Shown in pieces: positions 26,311 through 34,998 of a stretch of 37,550 nt of DNA. The position numbers and the translations under genes were made by a program. A model generated the notes under the pieces. It did no database searches. It was not told where the DNA came from and worked only from the letters and a program-made list of their open reading frames with translations. Where the stretch lies: positions 1-37,550 of IMG/VR virus record IMGVR_UViG_3300036796_000278; one strand, written 5' to 3'. Numbering within the stretch: position 1 is the first letter of the stretch; each line of letters starts with the position of its first letter. The DNA is from a virus (lineage: Duplodnaviria; Caudoviricetes).

Positions 26311-26387
26311 TGGTTGCCCTTGCTGGACTTGAACCAGCGACCGGGCGATTATGAGTCGCACGCTCTAACCAACTGAGCTAAAGGGCC
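26311..26387 (-). tRNA. tRNA-Ile2 (CAU), ileX/ileZ-like
   Basis: GGCCCTTTAGCTCAGTTGGTTAGAGCGTGCGACTCATAATCGCCCGGTCGCTGGTTCAAGTCCAGCAAGGGCAACCA; G1:A72 mismatch and one anticodon-stem mismatch. Confidence 0.85.
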
Positions 26388-26396
26388 GGGAGCGAG

Positions 26397-26425
26397 ATAA
26401 TACATAAGTGAAACCACCCTCGCAA
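26397..26425 (-). promoter_or_regulatory. sigma70 promoter for the tRNA cluster
   Basis: TTGCGA-17 nt-TATTAT ending 9 nt before the tRNA 5' end. Confidence 0.6.
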
Positions 26426-26512
26426 CACTAAGGTTTTATGATGAAAAATAATCAGAAAAGTGATTAAATATCAAGCGGCAGTGCTTTCAATCTAACCACA
26501 GCAAGGGAAGAT

Positions 26513-27463
26513 ATGATATTTATTAAAAATGGCAAAAGCTTTGAACGCGTTAATGACTGGACAGAAATTCAGGCTCGAGAAAGCTTTAATTCCAGGATGG
26601 AACTGACCGATCAACAATTATCCGATGTGTTTGGTTATTATGATGACCTCCCGGAGGAAATCCCATGTGGCAAGTCAAGCTGTCGGACAGGTCATAAAAA
26701 AGGGTTTCTTGTTCTTACTGAGGATGGCCTGGAGACAAACCTGGGCCATGTGTGCGGCACAAAAGTATTCGGTATTGCATTTGAAAACTTAGCAATTGAT
26801 CTCGAGAAAAAAGCAAACTTTCACAGATATCTCACAGCCCTCAAAGAAGCCAAGAAAAATATATTCCTTCACTACCAGGCAAAAGTAAAGCTTGAGGCAA
26901 CTAAGCCATCCTTAGAATGGGTTGCGCATAAAATTTTAGATTTAAGAGACTCTAAAATCGTTGGCCGAGCTGGGAGCCAAGCTTTGAAAAGAATGGCTGC
27001 TTCAGGGGATGGAAAGGTTTCGCTTCCCAGAAAAAAAACCAAAGAAGAAATGCATTTGTCGGATGTAATGTCTCAAAAAACAACCGATAACAAAGATGAA
27101 AATTCAGAGGATAATGGCAAGCCACAATTCATAGATGAAATTATTGGTGTAGTTCTTAATCCTGAATGCCTGCTCAACGATTATAACATTGCATTAATCT
27201 TCGAAAGAGATATTCGACTTGTGCTGGAAGAACTGAACAATTGCAATCCTGACGATATACCAGAGAAGAAGGTAATGTCTTTAGGGTTAAAGGTTTTCAA
27301 GCTAAATGAAAGATTTCAATTCCTTCAAGATCGTCTTGAGAAAGCCTTTGTTTTTCTTACAAAGGAAAACCTCAAGCCTTTAAATATTCAACTGCACAAC
27401 AAAAAATCAATAAGCAATAAAGACAAAGCCCTTTTTAGTACTTTTATTAATTCGCTGCCATAA
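26513..27463 (+). CDS. AT-rich moron protein with Cys/His Zn-binding-like N-terminal motif
   Basis: 316 aa antisense to the late operon; CGKSSCRTGH...NLGHVCG followed by helical regions. Confidence 0.8.
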   Translation: MIFIKNGKSFERVNDWTEIQARESFNSRMELTDQQLSDVFGYYDDLPEEIPCGKSSCRTGHKKGFLVLTEDGLETNLGHVCGTKVFGIAFENLAIDLEKKANFHRYLTALKEAKKNIFLHYQAKVKLEATKPSLEWVAHKILDLRDSKIVGRAGSQALKRMAASGDGKVSLPRKKTKEEMHLSDVMSQKTTDNKDENSEDNGKPQFIDEIIGVVLNPECLLNDYNIALIFERDIRLVLEELNNCNPDDIPEKKVMSLGLKVFKLNERFQFLQDRLEKAFVFLTKENLKPLNIQLHNKKSISNKDKALFSTFINSLP

Positions 27464-27483
27464 AAAAAGCCCCGTCAGGGGCT
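27462..27483 (-). terminator. tR'-like terminator
   Basis: AGCCCC-TGAC-GGGGCT followed by a T-tract, about 40 nt after pR'. Confidence 0.75.
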
Positions 27484-27527
27484 GCTTATCTGTAAAAATT
27501 ATTCGGACGCAAAAACCCATAATCAGA

Positions 27528-27557
27528 AGTGTACGCGCCAGAGTTATGCAAAGTCAA
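27528..27557 (-). promoter_or_regulatory. pR'-like late promoter (Q target)
   Basis: TTGACT-18 nt-TACACT directly downstream of Q and followed by a terminator. Confidence 0.7.
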
Positions 27558-27593
27558 GTGTTACGCACCGAATGTGGTCGCATTTGTTGCGAA

Positions 27594-28412
27594 TTAATCA
27601 ATCTGCGTTGCTTTCTGGAACGCAATATCTGCTTTACCCTCTTCGATTAAGCACTTCTCCACCAGCCCCTCGTAAAACCGCTTCCAGTTCCGTGACCAGG
27701 AAGATTGGTGAAGGTCAGGTAGGCGTTTCAGTATTGCCCGGTGAACGGTGGCAGACGATACAGCACTGTAACCATTACCCGAACAGCGCTCGCAGGTTTT
27801 AAACACCGGTGCGCCATGCTCTTTTGTCGCTTTACGGTCTAGTACCTCTCCTTTCCCTCCGCAGCGGCAGCGGGCGCTAATTTGTCCCTTCCCTTCGCAT
27901 ACATCACATACCGCCGGGACTATTTCGGTTACGTCCTGCCAACACTCCCAGTCGGAGGGGCGAACGGCGCGGGAACGTCTGGCCCAGTATGGAGCCTTAC
28001 CCCACGGATAAGTTACCTTTCTGGTTTGCTGCGTTCGGGTTGTTCTGCCTGTACCGGTGCAGGTGGTGCAGGTCCCGCTGCTTGCAGCTGAACGGGAATA
28101 TTCAGCGAAAGCAAATTGGGCCAGGACCATCATGCACCAGCCGAAATCAGCACCAGCAGTTTTTCGCAAGTTCGCCGGTGCGGTTTCCATTGCATACCCA
28201 TATAACGCCTGCGTGGCCTGCTGTTCATCCGACTTACTTACGCCTGCCTTGCCCATGTATGCAGCCAGACCGAAGCGGGCGCGGCTACTAGTTGAGCCCA
28301 GGGCGGCCATGATATCGGTGCCGGTGATCCGGTCAGGCGAGGTAGATTTAGCCGAATCTGTATAGGCCAGCCCCTGCGGGCTGAAATGCTTGAGTGATGC
28401 TTCTAATTTCAT
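27594..28412 (-). CDS. Q: late antitermination protein Q (Zn-finger type)
   Basis: MKLE..LKHFSP..., TGTDIMAALG, repeated CxxCxGxG, WSRNWK; between replication and lysis genes. Confidence 0.85.
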   Translation of the reverse strand: MKLEASLKHFSPQGLAYTDSAKSTSPDRITGTDIMAALGSTSSRARFGLAAYMGKAGVSKSDEQQATQALYGYAMETAPANLRKTAGADFGWCMMVLAQFAFAEYSRSAASSGTCTTCTGTGRTTRTQQTRKVTYPWGKAPYWARRSRAVRPSDWECWQDVTEIVPAVCDVCEGKGQISARCRCGGKGEVLDRKATKEHGAPVFKTCERCSGNGYSAVSSATVHRAILKRLPDLHQSSWSRNWKRFYEGLVEKCLIEEGKADIAFQKATQID

Positions 28413-29377
28413 GCCGCCACCTTTTTCGTATAAGACATTTCTCGGACCTCATCACCGTTCATGATGAAGTCGTTAAAGTCGCCATGATCCGGCCAGCGGA
28501 TTGTTACCTTCTCAATATCGTTTTTAGCCACCAGATTAGCGTGGGCGCACTCAAAAGCGGCCGCATGCCCGGTAGCGGTGTGTTTGTCCATATCTGCAAA
28601 AATGATGAGGTGCTTCACACCTGCAGGTGCGCGGAATTTCTTCATAAACCCACTGTTTAATGTGGCCCAGGTGTTTACGTGGTAAACCTGATGCGCGGAA
28701 AGTGCCGTTTCAATCCCCTCGGCGATTCCAAGCGTGGAGGCTACCGGGAACATTCGAACAGCCACGGACTGGGCATGATCGAGATACGTTTGCTCCTGGA
28801 GTGAGCGGAGTCGTTTTTGCCCTTCTCCCATAGCAGACGCTTTCTTATCTCCGTCCAGGTATGTGCGGTGCAGGTAACACAGCTCGCCTTTGTTATCTGT
28901 CGCAAGGGAGAATAAAGACTGGTACACACTGCCGTTATGCCGTTCTTTAGCGCAAAAGCGTACGGCCTCTGTCGGCAACCGGGTTATCCCGCGATTAAAA
29001 AGATAGCCAGCCGCTGACGTACCGCGCAGATCCACCAGCTTAGCGAACTTGCTGATAACGCGCTCACGCATGCTGGAAGCCGTGGTATTGATAGGTACAA
29101 CTCTGTGCTGATAATCGTTGCCCAGCAGATCGTCGATTTCGCGACATAGTACGCCAAACGGCTTACCCTGGGTTTTAATCAGCAGTGACATACCGTCACC
29201 GCTTCCACATGTGCAAATCCACGATCCGCTCCCCTCGTGGTCATCACAGCGGTATTTTCCGCGCCCGCTGCAAACAGGGCATTCACCTTTGAAATGGTTC
29301 TTCCCTGTGATTGGCGGTAGCCCGTAATACTCAAAAATTTTCGGCCAGTTACCTTTCGCCGCTTCTGATGTCTTCAT
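28409..29377 (-). CDS. DNA primase (Zn-binding + Toprim)
   Basis: ECPVC...WICTCG, LHRTYL, IAEGIETALSA, IFADMD, DFND. Confidence 0.88.
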   Translation of the reverse strand: MKTSEAAKGNWPKIFEYYGLPPITGKNHFKGECPVCSGRGKYRCDDHEGSGSWICTCGSGDGMSLLIKTQGKPFGVLCREIDDLLGNDYQHRVVPINTTASSMRERVISKFAKLVDLRGTSAAGYLFNRGITRLPTEAVRFCAKERHNGSVYQSLFSLATDNKGELCYLHRTYLDGDKKASAMGEGQKRLRSLQEQTYLDHAQSVAVRMFPVASTLGIAEGIETALSAHQVYHVNTWATLNSGFMKKFRAPAGVKHLIIFADMDKHTATGHAAAFECAHANLVAKNDIEKVTIRWPDHGDFNDFIMNGDEVREMSYTKKVAA

Positions 29378-31002
29378 ACTCTTTTCCCGAGCGTTTCACG
29401 AATGTTGTTAAGGTGCTCTTTTGCACTAAGGATCTGGCCCGTAACAGTGCCTGCAATGTTGCTCTCTGCTGGTACCGGTTCAGCCGCTTTGCTCTTTTCC
29501 CTGCCCTTCGCAAAAGCGATCTGTTTGTGTTTGATGAAGTTCGAAACTTCTGGTGTGATCTCCATCGGGTAGTCACTGAGGTTATTCGGCCACTCGCCGA
29601 ATTTGTCGAAGAAGGTATGTGCGCACCATCCGTTATTAACCGGCTTGCCCATTGACTGACGTTGACGCTGATAGAATTTAATCTGGCTCCACCAGGCCTG
29701 TTTCTGGGACTTCGTGAAGGTGTCCTTCCCCTTCCCGAGCTTCTTGATTTTTCGCTGTGTATCGGTGTCCACATCCTCACCCACCAGCGGTTTAAAGCCG
29801 CATTTTGGGCAGATATAAACCGCTGCCGGCTTCATGAAATGACAGGCCGGGCATTCCTTCGGAAGTTTTTCTTCGCGTTCTGCTGCAGCCCGAACAGCAA
29901 CTTCCTTCATCCCATCGCTGGAGCTGATCAGCTCGTCGTATTCGATGGCATCAGGGAAACCAAGGCGGTGCACTGTGCCGCTGTGATCGAAGATGAGGCA
30001 GGATTCTTTGCCTGGTGCTTTGCGCAGCCCACGGCCAAGCGCCTGCAGCCAGCGAATTTCACTTTTCGTCGGACGGGCATAGATGACGCAGCGCACATCG
30101 CTGTCAAACCCGGCCACCAGGACACCGACGCTGACGATGATTTTTGTTGCGCCAGTTTCGAAACGGTGAATGATCAGCTGGCGCTCATCATGTGGAGTGT
30201 CAGCCGTCATGACCTCTGCATTAACGCCAGCCTGGTTAAACTGGAGGGTGACAAAATTTGCGTGGTTCACGTTCACGCAGAACGCAACAGTGGGAAGGTC
30301 TTTCCCGTTCTCAAGCCAATTGCTGACGATATCCCCCACCAGATCCGAACCGCACATGATTTCAGCCAGCTGCGTTTCGTTATAGTCGCGGCCAAACTCT
30401 GCGGAATTACCGGTTTTGACGCCTTTCAGATCTGGCTTTGTTGGGGCGAAAAACTCATACCCGCTCAGATCGCCTCGCTGGATCAACTCGCCAATGGTGG
30501 TTGGCTTAATCAGCTCGGCATAGTATTTGCCCAGGAACGGGGAAAACGGGGTGCCGGACAGGCCAATAACTTTCACGGCGGTTTCTGTCGTGAGGTACTG
30601 AATTGTCTCCAGGATGCTTTTACGGCGAAGGTGCGCTTCGTCGATGATCAGCAGATCGATATTGTCCGGGAAGTCACGGCGAATCAGCGTGTCTACACTG
30701 GCAATCTGGATCTGCAGCTCGGGATCGTGCTGGGGATGGTCACGCCAGATAAAGCTGATCTGATCTTCTGGCAACCCATACTCAGTAAAGCGCTGGGCCG
30801 TCTGATTGAGCAGGATGGTGTAAGGGGCTACAAACAGCACACGCATGCCGCGATTAACGAAACCGTTAACGATGAAAGCCGCCAGCCCTGTTTTGCCGCT
30901 GCCCGTTGGCGAATAGACCATAAACGAGTTATGCGCTTTCCAGCTGCGGCGAAGCATGTTTAAAGCGCGTTCCTGCGCAAAGTTTGGCGTGATACTTAGC
31001 AT
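29374..31002 (-). CDS. SF2 DEAH-box helicase with C-terminal Zn ribbon
   Basis: PTGSGKT, IIDEAH, SGT, QALGRGLR, CPAC/CPKC. Confidence 0.92.
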   Translation of the reverse strand: MLSITPNFAQERALNMLRRSWKAHNSFMVYSPTGSGKTGLAAFIVNGFVNRGMRVLFVAPYTILLNQTAQRFTEYGLPEDQISFIWRDHPQHDPELQIQIASVDTLIRRDFPDNIDLLIIDEAHLRRKSILETIQYLTTETAVKVIGLSGTPFSPFLGKYYAELIKPTTIGELIQRGDLSGYEFFAPTKPDLKGVKTGNSAEFGRDYNETQLAEIMCGSDLVGDIVSNWLENGKDLPTVAFCVNVNHANFVTLQFNQAGVNAEVMTADTPHDERQLIIHRFETGATKIIVSVGVLVAGFDSDVRCVIYARPTKSEIRWLQALGRGLRKAPGKESCLIFDHSGTVHRLGFPDAIEYDELISSSDGMKEVAVRAAAEREEKLPKECPACHFMKPAAVYICPKCGFKPLVGEDVDTDTQRKIKKLGKGKDTFTKSQKQAWWSQIKFYQRQRQSMGKPVNNGWCAHTFFDKFGEWPNNLSDYPMEITPEVSNFIKHKQIAFAKGREKSKAAEPVPAESNIAGTVTGQILSAKEHLNNIRETLGKRV

Positions 31003-31298
31003 TGAGCGGCCTCCGGTGCTATGTGCTGATCAATCTGTGATGTGTTTAAAGGGCCACTATTCCAGGGAAAACGCCTCAATTCTCTTTAAGACGGCTAAAC
31101 GTCTAACCATCCGGCGACTTTTGAAGGAATAAAGACGGGACAGTGATCTACCTAACCAAAGTGCTTTCCCTTTGGAAAAGGCGCTGTTCCTGCCCCCACT
31201 CCCAACTCCCCCCTTTCCCCCCTCTTCCCTCTCCCCCGTTAAAAACAGGTTTTCAGCCATCCAGACACCTTTAAGTCTGGGATGCTTCGAGGTGGTCA

Positions 31299-31586
31299 TC
31301 ACTGACCTTTTGAGGGGGGTTGTACTGTGTAACCCTGTAATGCTCTGCCGTGCTTATCAGCGAAGATTCGAAGCCTGGTATTTGCTTCGTGTCTCGCTCT
31401 GTTCTCCTTCCGGAAGCTAACCGGCTCTTCGTCCATCGTGAGCTGGTAAACATCTGCATACCGGGTTACTGCTTTTTGCCGAACTGACGGCGACAATCTC
31501 AACAACTGCTCCTGAATCCACTCCGCATCTGCCTGGCTGAATGATTCAGGCATCACAGTGCGGTGGTAGTCAGGAGGCATTAGCAT
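31299..31586 (-). CDS. hypothetical protein (pR operon)
   Basis: 95 aa overlapping the cro stop. Confidence 0.7.
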   Translation of the reverse strand: MLMPPDYHRTVMPESFSQADAEWIQEQLLRLSPSVRQKAVTRYADVYQLTMDEEPVSFRKENRARHEANTRLRIFADKHGRALQGYTVQPPSKGQ

Positions 31587-31794
31587 TCACGACCTGATGA
31601 GGAAAAATGTCTTCAATCGTCACCTTCTCACCCTGCCGACTTAACTCAACTGCGATTTGATGGCATGTTGGAATGTCAGGTTTTCGGCTGCCAGACTCAT
31701 AGTGGCAAACTGATCCCTGTGTCTGCCCGATAGCTTTTGCAAGCTGCTCCTGTGTAAGCCCACGCTCTGTGCGCAATTTTTTCAAATTTGTCAT
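31570..31794 (-). CDS. cro: Cro-like HTH regulator
   Basis: LRTERGLTQEQLAKAIGQTQGSVCHYESGSRKP; divergent from cI; AGGAG RBS. Confidence 0.88.
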   Translation of the reverse strand: MTNLKKLRTERGLTQEQLAKAIGQTQGSVCHYESGSRKPDIPTCHQIAVELSRQGEKVTIEDIFPHQVVNANAS

Positions 31795-31817
31795 GGTTAT
31801 CTCCTATGAACCACCAA

Positions 31818-31897
31818 ATATTACATTTTGTATTTGAATTGAGCAAGAGAATATTACATCATGTGCATTGAATGAAAATGACAAATCGTAATATCAT
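31818..31897. promoter_or_regulatory. OR region: pR, pRM and three 15-bp operator-like boxes
   Basis: ATTACAtttTGTATT 31820-34, ATTACAtcaTGTGCA 31853-67, ATGACAaatCGTAAT 31878-92; pR TTGCTC-17-TAATAT on minus; pRM TTGAAT-18-TATCAT on plus. Confidence 0.7.
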
Positions 31898-31903
31898 GCA
31901 ACT

Positions 31904-32563
31904 ATGAAAAATGAATGGTTCGATCTGGTTAAATCAAGAATGGCGGCGGCTGGGATTTCACAGTCACAGTTAGCACATCAGTTAGGAGTCACTCAGGGGG
32001 CTTTAAACCACTGGCTTAATGGTCGAAGATTCCCATCCCTGCATGAAATTAGCGCCATGTTTAAAATACTGGGGATTTCTGGGGCCACGTTAAATTTTGA
32101 TGGAACGTTCACAATCGGCGCCGATGGTCAATCTCCGACTCTAAAACCCCAGTATGAATATCCCCTACTCTCCGAAGTACAAGCTGGATCGCTCGAAGAG
32201 TCTCCTGCTCACTATGAGATGGATGCCAAGGAATGGATAGCAACCGCCAAGTACGCCAGCCAAAACTCATATTGGCTTACTGTAAAGGGACACTCTATGA
32301 CGGCCCCGCAGGGCAGCAGCCCTAGCTTCCCAGAGGGAATGCTTATTCTGGTTGATCCAGAAGAGGCAGAGAGCGTTAAGCCTGGTGATTTCTGTGTTGC
32401 ACAGCTTAACGGGGAAGTTACTTTCAAGGTCTTTCAGATGTACGGTGGGAAACCTTTACTTGAACCGCTGAACCCTCGCTACGAAAATATACCGGTTACA
32501 GACGGGTTCCGAATCCTGGGCAAAGTAGTCAAGTCCCAATGGCCTGACGAGACGTTTAGCTAG
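31904..32563 (+). CDS. cI: CI-like repressor (HTH + S24 autopeptidase)
   Basis: N-terminal HTH, VQAG cleavage site, GHSM Ser and TFK Lys. Confidence 0.93.
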   Translation: MKNEWFDLVKSRMAAAGISQSQLAHQLGVTQGALNHWLNGRRFPSLHEISAMFKILGISGATLNFDGTFTIGADGQSPTLKPQYEYPLLSEVQAGSLEESPAHYEMDAKEWIATAKYASQNSYWLTVKGHSMTAPQGSSPSFPEGMLILVDPEEAESVKPGDFCVAQLNGEVTFKVFQMYGGKPLLEPLNPRYENIPVTDGFRILGKVVKSQWPDETFS

Positions 32564-32577
32564 ACCCTAAACCTTCT

Positions 32578-32599
32578 AAAGCCGCAAAAATGCGGCTTT
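32578..32599 (+). terminator. terminator after cI
   Basis: AAAGCCGCA-AAAA-TGCGGCTTT. Confidence 0.7.
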
Positions 32600-32648
32600 C
32601 TTCCCTTCTCTACTCCCCCTCCGCAGACTAAACCAGCAATAAAAAATA

Positions 32649-32734
32649 AATACATTTTGGAATCAACCACATATCTTAAAATAATGCTTTTTATTTCATT
32701 TTGTATTGCTATCAATAATTACACTTTGTATTAT
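32649..32734 (+). promoter_or_regulatory. OL/pL region
   Basis: AATACAtttTGGAAT 32649-63, ATTTCAtttTGTATT 32693-707, ATTACActtTGTATT 32718-32; promoter TTGCTA-17-TATTAT at 32706-32734. Confidence 0.7.
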
Positions 32735-32765
32735 CATCTCATCGGTAAACAACGGAGCCAATGAG

Positions 32766-32966
32766 ATGAACATCGAAACTGAAAATTTATTCCACGGTAT
32801 GGACATGACGCCATTAGGCGCTCTCGGCAATATCGACGACTTGCTTGCAGCCTCTGAGGTCTGTTTATGCTCTAACAGTAAAAAGGTAAATAGCATTGCT
32901 TTTGAGCTTATTGAGTTAGCACGCTTATATGCTAAAGCTAGTCGCGTTCAAGGCGGTGTCGCATGA
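32766..32966 (+). CDS. hypothetical protein
   Basis: ATG at 32766 with GGAG RBS, downstream of pL. Confidence 0.65.
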   Translation: MNIETENLFHGMDMTPLGALGNIDDLLAASEVCLCSNSKKVNSIAFELIELARLYAKASRVQGGVA

Positions 32967-33169
32967 AAGCCATTACCGCTCAAGAAATAAGTATTATTCG
33001 AACCGCCATAGATAACTTTGACAAAGTCGTTAACACTCTCGCATATGTGAGAGATGACAATGAAACAGAATATCAAATTTCTTCGTTGGTCAGTGTTTCT
33101 ATTAATCAAATCATTCGTGATGTAAATGCATTGAATATCATATTCAACTCTGAAAAAGCGGGAGATTAA
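32963..33169 (+). CDS. hypothetical protein
   Basis: 68 aa, ATGA overlap. Confidence 0.65.
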   Translation: MKAITAQEISIIRTAIDNFDKVVNTLAYVRDDNETEYQISSLVSVSINQIIRDVNALNIIFNSEKAGD

Positions 33170-33171
33170 TT

Positions 33172-33363
33172 ATGAAGACCCCAATTGGAATGTTAGAGGA
33201 AATCAATGCAGAGGTTATTGAAAACACCTGCCTGCTCGAATTAATTTACAGTCAAAGCAATGAAGAGCCATCAACTGATTGTGCAATAGCTTGTTTACTT
33301 CGCTCTCTTTATAAAACTCGCGAAAAGATTGAGGGTTATGTTGATTTATTAGATAAGAAATAA
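33172..33363 (+). CDS. hypothetical protein
   Basis: 63 aa, GGGAG RBS. Confidence 0.7.
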   Translation: MKTPIGMLEEINAEVIENTCLLELIYSQSNEEPSTDCAIACLLRSLYKTREKIEGYVDLLDKK

Positions 33364-33437
33364 AAGCGTAAAAATAAATTAAACAAATTCAAATTACAGC
33401 CTAACCGCTGGGGCTAAACACACCCTGAGGATTTTTT

Positions 33438-33545
33438 ATGACTTTCATTAAAGATATTTCAGCTTTTAAAACAGCACAGCTTTACATGCTGAACGGGCAT
33501 CCTCTAATAGCTGGGCTTTTTCTCAGAAAAGCATACGGGAGATAG
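33438..33545 (+). CDS. small hypothetical protein (35 aa, not in ORF track)
   Basis: MTFIKDISAFKTAQLYMLNGHPLIAGLFLRKAYGR with GAGG RBS; stop 2 nt before the next ATG. Confidence 0.55.
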   Translation: MTFIKDISAFKTAQLYMLNGHPLIAGLFLRKAYGR

Positions 33546-33547
33546 GT

Positions 33548-33775
33548 ATGGGCAAGGTTCAATTAAGAGCGAGAAAAGCTGCTGATTGGTCCATTGACGA
33601 AATAAGCATTTCGGCAGAACAACTTTATTACCAGTTAAAAACCATTGTTGAAAATGGATCGTCAATGGAAAAAGACCAGTTATTTAACCTAACAGAAATA
33701 GCCTGGAATATTTCTGGCGACATAAACGCATGGATGCAAGCCGAAGAGGAACGTCAAATTGACAAACCTAATTGA
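33548..33775 (+). CDS. hypothetical protein
   Basis: 75-aa acidic ORF in the packed pL operon. Confidence 0.65.
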   Translation: MGKVQLRARKAADWSIDEISISAEQLYYQLKTIVENGSSMEKDQLFNLTEIAWNISGDINAWMQAEEERQIDKPN

Positions 33776-34130
33776 AACACGTCGCCGCCGGATTGTTATT
33801 GCGAAGCTAAATTCCATGCAGCGCAAAACAGGAAGTTATTTCGATATCGTTAAGCTTCCCAACGGGAAATCAACAACCGTTGAATTAACCGAAGAAATAT
33901 TAACAAAGGCATTAATCAAGATTTTCGAAGCTATGGTGTTTGACGCAAACAAACGCGCTGATGCTGAGCGGCACATATCAGAGCATTACAGCGCCTGCAT
34001 GGGCAACAAATTAAACAAGCTTTCTCCGCTGGGCATGGAATTTATGAACGCGGTTATAGCGAATTTAGCTGAACAGGCTTTCGAGCATGCAGGAGGTTGC
34101 AATGTCGCTGACAGCGATTCGCGTTCCTGA
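33759..34130 (+). CDS. hypothetical protein
   Basis: 123 aa, TTG start with GAGG upstream. Confidence 0.65.
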   Translation: MTNLIETRRRRIVIAKLNSMQRKTGSYFDIVKLPNGKSTTVELTEEILTKALIKIFEAMVFDANKRADAERHISEHYSACMGNKLNKLSPLGMEFMNAVIANLAEQAFEHAGGCNVADSDSRS

Positions 34131-34323
34131 GTGGGTTCACATGCGGGCTGTGTTTGTTCTGGCCCGCTACCGGGCGCAACGCATCCGCGCCCGCCGAATG
34201 CATCGCACTGGGCATCTTAGCCTGGTAGTAAATCCACGCTGGCGTCTGCTGTCACGGGATGGCGGCAAGAACTGGCAAGTAATGAGCCACGAACAATACA
34301 ACGGTAAGAAGGACAGAAAATGA
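34102..34323 (+). CDS. basic small protein, possibly ParE/RelE-like fold
   Basis: AGGAGG RBS; LSLVVNPRWRLLSRDGG...MSHEQYN pattern. Confidence 0.55.
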   Translation: MSLTAIRVPEWVHMRAVFVLARYRAQRIRARRMHRTGHLSLVVNPRWRLLSRDGGKNWQVMSHEQYNGKKDRK

Positions 34324-34706
34324 TGAGCACTGAAAAAGAAAAAACCGGCATTGACGCAGCATTCAGCCGCCCGCTTCGCCCGGTCTATATCGTGACCCGT
34401 CACGGTTTCCGTAAGCGCTGCCTGAGCCGCAGCGCCGCGCTGAACAACCTTGCGCACTACATGACCACGCACGCATTCCGCCTTGCGGGTGTTGAAACCA
34501 ACCATCCCACGCTGCCCGTAGTACGCGACGGCGTGACGGTCTATCAGCTCGGCCAGCCAACCGATGGGTATCTTTCGGCGCATGCACGCTGTATTCGCCG
34601 TTTGCGTCGGATTCTGGCCCGTAAGCGCGAGATTCGCCAGTGGCAGGAAAAACACGACGCACTTACCGATCAGTACCGCGAATTCATGAAAACTAAGCCG
34701 TTCTGA
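34320..34706 (+). CDS. hypothetical protein
   Basis: 128 aa, ATGA overlap, Arg-rich. Confidence 0.7.
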   Translation: MMSTEKEKTGIDAAFSRPLRPVYIVTRHGFRKRCLSRSAALNNLAHYMTTHAFRLAGVETNHPTLPVVRDGVTVYQLGQPTDGYLSAHARCIRRLRRILARKREIRQWQEKHDALTDQYREFMKTKPF

Positions 34707-34716
34707 GGGGGGGGCG

Positions 34717-34998
34717 ATGGCTAATCAGGACAACGCGAACGTCTTTTCGACTGAATCCATGCACAAAGTGCCGAATGCGAAGCACCTTCGCCAGCAGTCG
34801 AAAATCTACAGCCCGGATGAATTTCTCGCGCTTCCAATGGTACAGGAATTTATCAAAAACAATCCGAACCAGTATTTCGTTAATGAAGAAACTGGCGAGC
34901 AAATGATGGCTCAGGAACTGGCTGAACTGTATTGCTCGATTAATAACGGCAAAAAACTTAAGAAAGCGCTTCGCCGCGCCTTTGGAGATAAAGCATGA
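34717..34998 (+). CDS. hypothetical protein
   Basis: 93 aa in operon. Confidence 0.65.
   Translation: MANQDNANVFSTESMHKVPNAKHLRQQSKIYSPDEFLALPMVQEFIKNNPNQYFVNEETGEQMMAQELAELYCSINNGKKLKKALRRAFGDKA

Noticed and set aside
26292-26312. CTGATGA hammerhead-like core on the plus strand
   Set aside because: No GAAA after the putative stem II; explained as the antisense of the pseudo-tRNA D-arm
26311-26387. tRNA as attB/attP or as tRNA-Met
   Set aside because: No duplicated 3' end or integrase seen; the body matches ileX-type tRNA-Ile2
29662-30963. 433-aa plus-strand ORF
   Set aside because: Antisense shadow of the helicase gene
31057-31302. 81-aa ORF spanning the G-rich tract
   Set aside because: Has a GTGA overlap, but the product is low-complexity and explained by the DNA motif; not enough support for a CDS call
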